32,000 bases of DNA from Alphaproteobacteria bacterium endosymbiont of Tiliacea citrago (GTDB lineage: Bacteria; Pseudomonadota; Alphaproteobacteria; CAJXXZ01; DAHXLG01), in NCBI RefSeq assembly GCF_964031065.1, contig NZ_OZ034995.1:150417-182416 (forward strand), given 5' to 3'. Each line of letters starts with the position of its first letter. Within the stretch, counting starts at the first letter, position 1. The notes below the pieces were generated by a model. It was not told the origin of the DNA and ran no database searches. It saw only the letters and a program-made list of their open reading frames with translations. Shown here piece by piece: positions 18,914 through 26,024 of the stretch. The position numbers were made by a program, and so were the translations under genes.

Positions 18914-19261
18914 TTAAACCACTCCCTCTGCAATTGTTTTTATATTAGAAGGAATTTCTTTTGGAACAATACCTTTAACTCTGGTTGCAGTAACTTCCAA
19001 CTTTTCATTCAACAAAACAATATCATTATATGCAAAAGACAACGAACTTCTATCGGACCTAATAAAGACCTTTTTAGTTCTAACAACAACAGCCTTACAC
19101 ACACTTCCTTTTTTTATTTTTGAAGTTGGCGTTGCTTTTATGATCGACACTTTAATAATATCTCCTATAGATGCATAGCTTTTTTTATACACCATAAAAC
19201 ACCTGGCCATTTTTGCACCAGAGTTATCTATAACCCTGAGAACAGTTTCTTTTATAATCAT
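18914..19261 (-). CDS. rplN: 50S ribosomal protein L14
   Basis: VIDNSGAKMARCF, GDIIKVSIIKA and KGSVCKAVVVRTKK match L14. Confidence 0.95.
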   Translation of the reverse strand: MIIKETVLRVIDNSGAKMARCFMVYKKSYASIGDIIKVSIIKATPTSKIKKGSVCKAVVVRTKKVFIRSDRSSLSFAYNDIVLLNEKLEVTATRVKGIVPKEIPSNIKTIAEGVV

Positions 19262-19488
19262 ACAACCTCTCTTTTGGAAATAACCCTATATTTTTTTGTC
19301 TTAGAAATAGGAGCACAAGAGTTTAAAACCACATTGTCCCCCTCTTTCAAAGAAACATCAGAATGAGCAATCACATAATGAAATTTTTTTAATCTTTTAT
19401 CATATTTTTTATTATGAAAATTCACTACGTATTTAATTTTTGCATTACACGCATTGAATTTCACAACAGTTCCTAAAATTGTTTTCAT
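19258..19488 (-). CDS. rpsQ: 30S ribosomal protein S17
   Basis: A 76-aa ORF between rpmC and rplN. YDKRLKKFHYVIAHSDVSLKEGDNVVLNSCAPISKTKKYRV fits S17. Confidence 0.9.
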   Translation of the reverse strand: MKTILGTVVKFNACNAKIKYVVNFHNKKYDKRLKKFHYVIAHSDVSLKEGDNVVLNSCAPISKTKKYRVISKREVV

Positions 19489-19724
19489 AACACTTCTTCC
19501 TTGTTTTTATTTAATTTAAGATCAAAAAGTTCTTTTTGTCTGTTTTTAATGCAACTTTTAATTTTTGATACAAATTGCCGAATAGCGTATCTATGTTTTT
19601 TTTTATCTGATGGATATGACTTGGCCCTGTTGTCCAAATGTGTCATTCTCATAACAAACAACTCTGATTTTGATTCTGCAACTTGCTCTCTAAAATTCAC
19701 AAGATCTTCTTTAATATTCGACAT
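19485..19724 (-). CDS. rpmC: 50S ribosomal protein L29
   Basis: I start it at the internal Met 19724 (MSNIKEDLVNFREQVAESKSELFVMRM), overlapping the end of rplP by 14 nt. The ORF-track start at 19817 lies deep inside rplP. Confidence 0.8.
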   Translation of the reverse strand: MSNIKEDLVNFREQVAESKSELFVMRMTHLDNRAKSYPSDKKKHRYAIRQFVSKIKSCIKNRQKELFDLKLNKNKEEVL

Positions 19725-20139
19725 ACACACCCTCTTCCTTTTCAATATATTTAGACTTAATGGAAAGTTTCTCGGCAGCCAATCCAAAGGCTTTCTTTGC
19801 AACTTCAGCTGTAACACCAGCTAATTCGAAAATCATTGTGCCAGGATAAACCTTTGCAACATATCGATCAATATTACCTTTTCCTCCACCCATTCTACTA
19901 TCCGAAGACTTAGCAGAAACCGGCATATGAGGAAAAACCCTACACCAAAACTTTCCTTCTCTTTTCATTGCTCTAGCAATACAACGTCTAGCAGCTTCAA
20001 TCTGCCTAGCAGTCATCCTACAAGGCTCACAAGCTTTTAGCCCAAAAAAACCAAACTGTAACCCAGCCCCTGCTGATGCAACACCTTTGATTTTTCCTTT
20101 AAAAACTTTTCTATGTAACATTTTTTTAGGACTTAACAT
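19711..20139 (-). CDS. rplP: 50S ribosomal protein L16
   Basis: MLSPKKMLHRKVFKG, RMTARQIEAARRCIAR and RMGGGKGNIDRYVAKVYPG match L16. Confidence 0.95.
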   Translation of the reverse strand: MLSPKKMLHRKVFKGKIKGVASAGAGLQFGFFGLKACEPCRMTARQIEAARRCIARAMKREGKFWCRVFPHMPVSAKSSDSRMGGGKGNIDRYVAKVYPGTMIFELAGVTAEVAKKAFGLAAEKLSIKSKYIEKEEGVYVEY

Positions 20140-20794
20140 TTTTTTCTCCTAATTTATTCTCTCTTTTTACGATATCTCCGTTATAAATCCAAACTTTAAC
20201 ACCAGAGGTTCCCCATTTAGCTTTAGAACAAACAGAAGCATAATCAATGTTAGCTCTTAGTTTTTGTCTAGGAATAGCTCCTTCTTGCAACCAATCAGTT
20301 CTAGCTATTTCAATTCCACCTAAACGACCTTTGCATTCTATTCTTATACCTATAACACCACTTTTCATCGCCATTTGAATATATCTTTTAATTATTCTAC
20401 GAGAGTTTGCGCCTTTTCTTTTCAGTTCTTCAGAAATTTTCAAGGCAACAGCTTTTGAGTTTGTATCGTGTTTTTTTACATCAAAAATTTTAATTTTAAC
20501 TTCACAACCCAATTTTTTTTCTAAATCATCAGAAACCAAATTAATTTCTCCACCTTTTTTTCCAATAATAATTGAGGGTTGCAAACATTTTATAATAACT
20601 TCTATAACAGATTTATTTCTTGAAATTAAAATTTTAACTATACCAGCAGACTCTTCAAATCTATCTTTTAAAAAATTTCTTATCAAAAAATCTTCTTGTA
20701 GAAAATTAGCAAAATTTTTTTGAGCAAACCAATCAGAATCATGTCTTCTATATATACCTAACCTAAACGTATTAGGAGAAACTTTATTACCCAT
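20126..20794 (-). CDS. rpsC: 30S ribosomal protein S3
   Basis: MGNKVSPNTFRLGIYRRHDSDWFA, a KH-domain GKKGGEI and GRLGGIEIARTDW match S3. Confidence 0.95.
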   Translation of the reverse strand: MGNKVSPNTFRLGIYRRHDSDWFAQKNFANFLQEDFLIRNFLKDRFEESAGIVKILISRNKSVIEVIIKCLQPSIIIGKKGGEINLVSDDLEKKLGCEVKIKIFDVKKHDTNSKAVALKISEELKRKGANSRRIIKRYIQMAMKSGVIGIRIECKGRLGGIEIARTDWLQEGAIPRQKLRANIDYASVCSKAKWGTSGVKVWIYNGDIVKRENKLGEKNVKS

Positions 20795-21122
20795 TATTAC
20801 CCTCCTTTAATAAAACATAAACGTTTGATAGAGGCTTGGTTACTCTACCAACCCTACCTCTACCTCTGTAAGTAACTCTTTTCAAAAAAGGTCCTCTGCC
20901 AACGCTAGCTTCTTTCACAATTAAATTATCCAAATTAATTTTAGGATCATTTGCAGCATTAGAAATAGCGGACAACAACAACTTTCTTAAAGCTTCAGCA
21001 TAAGGACTTACAACAAACTTTAATTTGTTAACAACATCTAAAGCTTTTTTGTTTTGAACGGCCCTTAAATATTTCACAAACTTTCTTGGACTACCTCTCC
21101 AATTATTTAACTTCGCAATCAT
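20787..21122 (-). CDS. rplV: 50S ribosomal protein L22
   Basis: SPRKFVKYLRAVQNKKALDVVNKLKF and YRGRGRVGRVTKPLSNVYVLL match L22. Confidence 0.93.
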   Translation of the reverse strand: MIAKLNNWRGSPRKFVKYLRAVQNKKALDVVNKLKFVVSPYAEALRKLLLSAISNAANDPKINLDNLIVKEASVGRGPFLKRVTYRGRGRVGRVTKPLSNVYVLLKEGNNG

Positions 21123-21130
21123 TTTTCACC

Positions 21131-21412
21131 TCACTTCTTCTTCTTTCCAGAATGCTTACACTGAACTTTAGAAGGTGAAAACTCACCAAACTTATGCCCA
21201 ATATGCCCATCGGTTAACAACACAGAAACCCATTTATGACCATTATAAACAGAAGCTGTTTTCCCAACAAAATTAGGAAGAATCGTAGAACTTCTCGACC
21301 AAATTTTAATTAAAGAACTTGGGTTTTTAAAGTTTCTTTCAAAAGCCCTCATTACTCCTTCAGATACAAAAAAACCTTTCTTAGAAGATCTTTTTCCTAT
21401 AGACTTAGACAT
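21131..21412 (-). CDS. rpsS: 30S ribosomal protein S19
   Basis: IKIWSRSSTILPNFVGKTASVYNGHKWVSVLLTDGHIGHKFGEFSPSK matches S19. Confidence 0.95.
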   Translation of the reverse strand: MSKSIGKRSSKKGFFVSEGVMRAFERNFKNPSSLIKIWSRSSTILPNFVGKTASVYNGHKWVSVLLTDGHIGHKFGEFSPSKVQCKHSGKKKK

Positions 21413-22248
21413 TATCTTTTCCTTCCTTTAATTATTGTAAAACTAGTTCTCTTGTTTCTCCTGGTTTTTCCACCTTTAGCGTACACACCAGTTGGAGATT
21501 TAAAGTGAGTTCCACCATTAGCTCTACCACCGTTAGGGTGATCAACAGGGTTCATTGCAATACCTCTAACTCTTGGTCTTCTTCCTCTTAAGAAATTAGC
21601 ACCAGCCTTAGCTAAAACAATGTTTGAATGATCATCGTTTGAAACAGAACCAATACAAGCTGTGCATTCTCTATGTATTTTTTTAATTTCACCAGAAGAC
21701 AACCCAACAATTATCATTCCAGAATCATCCACACCTTTAACTTGAGCATAAGTTCCAGCTGATCTTGCATAAGTTGCTCCTTTACCTATTTTAGATTCAA
21801 CACAATAAACAACAGTACCTTCTTTAATGTACTTTAATTTCATACAATTACCCAAACTGTAATCAACTCTTTCATGATAAGAAGTGTGAACAACGTCTCC
21901 AATTCTCATGTTTTTTGCAGCTACAACATAAGAAAACATATTTTTTTTATCTTTTTCATAGCTTAACAACGCCAAATGAGCACTTCTGTTAGGATCATAT
22001 TCAAATCTTTCAACTTTTGCAAAAACACCATCTAATTCTTTTCTGTTAAAAGAAACAATTCTTAAAACTTTTCTGTGCTTTGAACATCTATGATCTGTGG
22101 TTATTCTTCCTTGTGCGTTTCTTCCGCCACTATTAGAAACACCAAAAGTAAGGCTTTTTAAAGGAGACCCCTTGTATAAATGAGATCTATCAATTCCGAC
22201 CTTTCCTCTTAAACCATGAGATGTAGGCTTATAATATTTTAAACCCAT
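21412..22248 (-). CDS. rplB: 50S ribosomal protein L2
   Basis: RNAQGRITTDHR, YDPNRSAHLALL and GIAMNPVDHPNGGRANGG match L2. Confidence 0.96.
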   Translation of the reverse strand: MGLKYYKPTSHGLRGKVGIDRSHLYKGSPLKSLTFGVSNSGGRNAQGRITTDHRCSKHRKVLRIVSFNRKELDGVFAKVERFEYDPNRSAHLALLSYEKDKKNMFSYVVAAKNMRIGDVVHTSYHERVDYSLGNCMKLKYIKEGTVVYCVESKIGKGATYARSAGTYAQVKGVDDSGMIIVGLSSGEIKKIHRECTACIGSVSNDDHSNIVLAKAGANFLRGRRPRVRGIAMNPVDHPNGGRANGGTHFKSPTGVYAKGGKTRRNKRTSFTIIKGRKR

Positions 22249-22667
22249 TATTGTTGCCCTCCAAACATTTTCTCTATAACTTCTTTATTTTTAAATTTAA
22301 TAAAGGCTTTTTTTACATCACTACGAATATAAACTTTCCCTTTAAAAGCTCTTTTTCTTTGTTTTTTTACAACTATTTTCACCTCAGAGACTTCTTCTTC
22401 ATATATTAATTGACACGCCTTTTTTATGTCACACTTGTTAGCGTTAGCGTCTACAATAAAGGTTAAATAAGAATTTTGAGCTAAAATAGAACTTTTTTCA
22501 GTAACATGTGCTCTTTTAATAACATCAAAAGCATGACTTTTACTCATTTTAACAGCATTATCTCTTAAAAAAAACTTAACATATCGTTGTTTTTTCATTT
22601 TTTGTAATTTATTTTTACTTTCAATGCAGCTTGAGCTCTCTTGTTTTAATTGATTAATATTACGCAT
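22248..22667 (-). CDS. rplW: 50S ribosomal protein L23 (possibly with a 40-aa N-terminal extension)
   Basis: The L23 core starts at MSKSHAFDVIKRAHVTEKSS (Met at 22547). The frame stays open upstream to an ATG at 22667 that overlaps rplD by 8 nt, and that overlap fits the compact operon style here. The true start is unresolved. Confidence 0.85.
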   Translation of the reverse strand: MRNINQLKQESSSCIESKNKLQKMKKQRYVKFFLRDNAVKMSKSHAFDVIKRAHVTEKSSILAQNSYLTFIVDANANKCDIKKACQLIYEEEVSEVKIVVKKQRKRAFKGKVYIRSDVKKAFIKFKNKEVIEKMFGGQQ

Positions 22668-23472
22668 TTTCTCCTCCTTTTAATACAGAACTTGAAAATC
22701 TATTCAAAACTCCATTAATAGCATTTAAATCAAAAATAACCGCTTCATGCTTTACGCAAGATAAAACGTTTAAACCAATTAAAGGCAAACAGTTAACATT
22801 GTAAATATTAGAAAAACTTCTTTTTAAATTATCGGAAGTGTCTCCAACAAATAAAACAGAATTTAAATCATTGTTTTTTCTCCAAGATTCAAAATCTTTT
22901 GTTTTAACAACATCAGAACTAAAAGAATCTAAAACAATTAAAGACCCCTCTTTTATTTTTTGATTTAAAGTTAAACCAAGAGCTAATTTTTTAAACTTCT
23001 TGTTTAAGTTATGCTCATAAGACCTAGGATGTGGACCAAAAACTACTCCACCACCTCTAAAATGAGGACCTCTCAAAGAACCTTGACGAGCCCTTCCACT
23101 TTCTTTCTGAGCCCAAGGCTTTCTTGTTGTTCCAGAAACATCTGATCTTGTTTTTGTAGAAGCATTTCCAGATCTTTTTTTTGCAAGCTGCCATCTTATA
23201 ACTTGAGAAATTATATCCTTACTTCTCATTTCTAAAAATTCATCACTAAAAACATACTCTCTGAGATCAGAAGCAAAAGAAGTCTCTTCTGCCAGTGAAA
23301 GCCCCTCACTTGATTCTTCATCAGAATCAGAAAGTTTTTTTTTCACATTTATAGCTTCAGGTTGAATTGAAACATCTTGAAAAGTAACAACTCCAAAGTT
23401 AGGAACAAAATTAGGAATATCTATACAATCTCCAGTTTCTGTAAAATCCCATTTTTTTACTGAAATTTTCAT
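22660..23472 (-). CDS. rplD: 50S ribosomal protein L4 with a roughly 55-aa acidic/Ser-rich N-proximal insertion
   Basis: TKTRSDVSGTTRKPWAQKESGRARQGSLRGPHFRGGGVVFGP is the conserved L4 loop region. The protein is 270 aa, against roughly 200 aa for typical bacterial L4. Confidence 0.93.
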   Translation of the reverse strand: MKISVKKWDFTETGDCIDIPNFVPNFGVVTFQDVSIQPEAINVKKKLSDSDEESSEGLSLAEETSFASDLREYVFSDEFLEMRSKDIISQVIRWQLAKKRSGNASTKTRSDVSGTTRKPWAQKESGRARQGSLRGPHFRGGGVVFGPHPRSYEHNLNKKFKKLALGLTLNQKIKEGSLIVLDSFSSDVVKTKDFESWRKNNDLNSVLFVGDTSDNLKRSFSNIYNVNCLPLIGLNVLSCVKHEAVIFDLNAINGVLNRFSSSVLKGGENA

Positions 23473-24101
23473 ACAATAACTCCTTGTTTTTTTATAGCTT
23501 TTCTCAATATTACTGCGCCAGATTTTCCAGGAACAGAGCCATGTAAAGCAACAATACTTAATTCTTGATCAATTTCAATTACAGGAATACTTTGGACCGT
23601 CACTTGTTCATTTCCTAACCTTCCAGCCATTTTTTTATTAGGCCAGCTTTTTTCTCTTGTACCAATAGAACCAATTGCTCTATGAGTTAAAGAAACTCCG
23701 TGGCTAGCTCCAGCACCTTTAAAGTTCCATCTCTTCATTGCACCAGCAAAACCTTTACCAATGCTTCTAGCTGTAACATCTAAAAACTTTTCATCAGCAA
23801 TTCTATCCAAAGAATAAGAACCATCAATTGAATCGTACTCTTCTTTAGAAACCCTAAACTCTTTAACCAAATTACATAAAGGTTTGTTTATCTTTTGTAA
23901 TTCAATTATTTGAGGCTTTGTTTTCAACTTGCCCAATTCTACTCCTACACGCAAAGTAAACACACCATTGTGCTCAATTTTAGATAGAACGTGTTGAGTT
24001 AATATTTTAACTAATGTAACAGAACATACTTTACCGTCATGCATAACATTAGTCATACCAATTTTTTGGCCTATCCAGCCAAACCTACTTTGAAAAGACA
24101 T
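23469..24101 (-). CDS. rplC: 50S ribosomal protein L3
   Basis: GQKIGMTNVMHDGKVCSVTLVKI, GKGFAGAMKRWNFKG and HGS.PG match L3. Confidence 0.95.
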   Translation of the reverse strand: MSFQSRFGWIGQKIGMTNVMHDGKVCSVTLVKILTQHVLSKIEHNGVFTLRVGVELGKLKTKPQIIELQKINKPLCNLVKEFRVSKEEYDSIDGSYSLDRIADEKFLDVTARSIGKGFAGAMKRWNFKGAGASHGVSLTHRAIGSIGTREKSWPNKKMAGRLGNEQVTVQSIPVIEIDQELSIVALHGSVPGKSGAVILRKAIKKQGVIV

Positions 24102-24141
24102 TATATCTCCTTCTCTACATACTTCTTAAACAACATTTTTT

Positions 24142-24495
24142 TTACTCATTTACCGTTTTTTTAGGACCTTTACGAACAACAGTAGACATCATTTTGATTT
24201 TAACACCAACGCCAGAAGGCATTCTCATTTGAGAAACTGCTTCTATAAAAGCAGATGTAGCTTTAATTCTTAACATACGTTTATATTCAGTATGAAAAAA
24301 TTGCTCTCTCGATGTTTTATCAATATGAACTCCACGGTTAACAGTATAAAGTCTTTTTTTTGCAGGCAAAGGAATAGGCCCTTCAACTTTAACTTTTTGA
24401 TGTTTAGCTAAAGCAACCAATTCTTTCACAGCAAATTCAACGTCTTTTGTTTCGTAAGCCTTCAATATAATATAGACTCCATTATTTTCCTTCAT
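24142..24495 (-). CDS. rpsJ: 30S ribosomal protein S10 (short C-terminal extension)
   Basis: GPIPLPAKKRLYTVNRGVHIDKTSREQFFHTEYKRMLRI matches S10. It is the first gene of the S10 operon. Confidence 0.95.
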   Translation of the reverse strand: MKENNGVYIILKAYETKDVEFAVKELVALAKHQKVKVEGPIPLPAKKRLYTVNRGVHIDKTSREQFFHTEYKRMLRIKATSAFIEAVSQMRMPSGVGVKIKMMSTVVRKGPKKTVNE

Positions 24496-24561
24496 TGAAA
24501 TTCATCCTAAGATAAATGTTACAATAATCTTTAAAAATATACAACAGAAGTCAATAAAAAC

Positions 24562-24634
24562 TGCCGAAGAGATGAATCGAACATCCGACCTTTTGATTAC
24601 GAATCAACTGCTCTACCAACTGAGCTACTCCGAC
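24562..24634 (-). tRNA. tRNA-Thr (anticodon CGU), no encoded CCA
   Basis: I folded the minus-strand cloverleaf by hand: acceptor GTCGGAG/CTTCGGC, D arm GCTC-AGTTGGTA-GAGC, anticodon arm GTTGA-TTCGTAA-TCAAA, variable AGGTC, T arm GGATG-TTCGATT-CATCT, discriminator A. Confidence 0.85.
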
Positions 24635-24676
24635 TTATCTGTAAGTTATCATATGAAAATAAAATATAAAAGTTTT

Positions 24677-25201
24677 TTAAATAAAGTTTAAGTTTTTTGC
24701 TATATTGTAAAAATCTAAATAAGGATCATTAATTTTAAAAAAAGAAATTCCTAAATCTTGAGCCACTTTTTGATCAACAAAACTATCTCCAATTAATAAA
24801 ATTTCATCTTTTTTATGAAAGTTAAACTGATTCATTGCGTATTCAAACATACTTAAAGATGGTTTTGGGTCAAATTGTTCACAAGTTAAAATCAAATCAA
24901 AAGGATTAAAATCTTTTAACTCTCTCAAAATTGATTTCTCAGTTCCGTTACTAACAACAACTTGAATTGCACCAGATTTAAGAAAATCGTTAACAAGAAA
25001 CCAAGCATATGGAATTTTCACCCCTTTGTTTTTTTTGAGCTTAGTTTTTATAAAAAAAGCATCCTTAAAATTTAAATTATCAAAATCTAAATCAGAAGAC
25101 ACCTCACCTTTTTGTATTAAATTTTTTAAGTAAACATTATATAAAAGACTATCAGAAAACAAAGTTTCCATCCAATCCCAAAAAACAAACTTAAAATTCA
25201 T
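24677..25201 (-). CDS. HAD-superfamily (subfamily IA-like) hydrolase homolog with a degenerate motif I
   Basis: Motif I reads FWDWMETL where the family has FDxDGTL. Motif II is VVVSNGT, the motif III Lys lies in DPKPS, and motif IV is LLIGDSFVDQKVAQDLGI. The start overlaps the upstream regulator's stop as ATGA. Confidence 0.7.
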   Translation of the reverse strand: MNFKFVFWDWMETLFSDSLLYNVYLKNLIQKGEVSSDLDFDNLNFKDAFFIKTKLKKNKGVKIPYAWFLVNDFLKSGAIQVVVSNGTEKSILRELKDFNPFDLILTCEQFDPKPSLSMFEYAMNQFNFHKKDEILLIGDSFVDQKVAQDLGISFFKINDPYLDFYNIAKNLNFI

Positions 25202-25914
25202 TGAAACTCAACAGAAACCAACTTAAACATTTTATTAATAAATTTTGATGAAATTTCTTGTTTATAATGATTAGAATACATTGAAAGAACAGTGAAATCA
25301 TCATTACTATCGGTTAATTCTCCAATAAACATATATCCATTATTATCAACAATCATAAGAGTATCACCGTTTTGATAAGAAGCAAATGAATCAAAATATA
25401 AAATATCACCCATTTTGTATCTAGGAGTATTATTGTTATTACAAGCATAAATAGCGAATCCAAAATCTGATGAAGAAAGTTTTGGTGGTCTAAAAACATA
25501 GTCCATAGCAGAAGTTAATATTATGACAGAATGAGGATTGTCTGTTACATCAAGCCCCTCGCTAATTACCCTATAAAGAGGCAAATTTTTTTTAAAACCA
25601 TTTTCACTTGCAAAAGTTTCAACAATATCTTCTGCAGAACCACCTTGAAAAAAAGCATCTTCCTTGCAATTTAAAGCTAGCGCTAATTTACTGATGATTT
25701 CTGTGTTCAATCTTCGTGCCCCAGCCTCTAATCTAGAAATATAAGAAGGAGATAAACCAGATAATTTACTTAAATCATATAAAGTATATTCCTTTTTTTT
25801 GCGCAAGGCCCTTAAAACTTTAGCATTTCTTTGAACAACAGAATTTACATCTTTTTTACCCTCAACACAAAAATCAATAACCTCGTCACTTAAAGCACTA
25901 TTTGTTAAATTCAT
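25198..25914 (-). CDS. cI/LexA-like regulator: XRE-family HTH plus a C-terminal S24-peptidase-like domain
   Basis: The HTH reads YTLYDLSKLSGLSPSYISRLEAGARRLNTEIISKLALALN. The C-terminal FAIYACNNNNTPRYKMGDILYFD..NGDTLMIVDNNGYMFIGEL follows the S24 layout (GDSMEP..GD.v.vd..nGd.v.v....KrL). I prefer the Met at 25914 as the start because AAGGGGG lies 8 nt upstream of it. An upstream ATG at 25935 is the alternative. Confidence 0.75.
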   Translation of the reverse strand: MNLTNSALSDEVIDFCVEGKKDVNSVVQRNAKVLRALRKKKEYTLYDLSKLSGLSPSYISRLEAGARRLNTEIISKLALALNCKEDAFFQGGSAEDIVETFASENGFKKNLPLYRVISEGLDVTDNPHSVIILTSAMDYVFRPPKLSSSDFGFAIYACNNNNTPRYKMGDILYFDSFASYQNGDTLMIVDNNGYMFIGELTDSNDDFTVLSMYSNHYKQEISSKFINKMFKLVSVEFQ

Positions 25915-25941
25915 ACCATTTTCCCCCTTAGGCATAAAAGC

Positions 25942-25970
25942 ATTCTATCAAAACAGATAATTATTATCAA
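25942..25970 (-). promoter_or_regulatory. candidate promoter (TTGATA-N17-TAGAAT) overlapping a perfect GATAAT-T-ATTATC palindrome
   Basis: On the minus strand, -35 TTGATA lies at 25970..25965 and -10 TAGAAT at 25947..25942, with a 17-nt spacer. The inverted repeat at 25956..25968 spans the -35 and spacer. All of this sits directly upstream of the regulator gene. Confidence 0.3.
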
Positions 25971-26024
25971 TATAACAAAAAAACCTTTTGAACAATCTTT
26001 TTTTGCCGAAATTTTCAACATTAT

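Noticed and set aside
24496-24561. An S10-operon promoter between tRNA-Thr(CGU) and rpsJ (TTGACT on the minus strand)
   Set aside because: A good -35-like TTGACT is present, but no acceptable -10 hexamer lies 16-18 nt downstream, so I cannot support the call.
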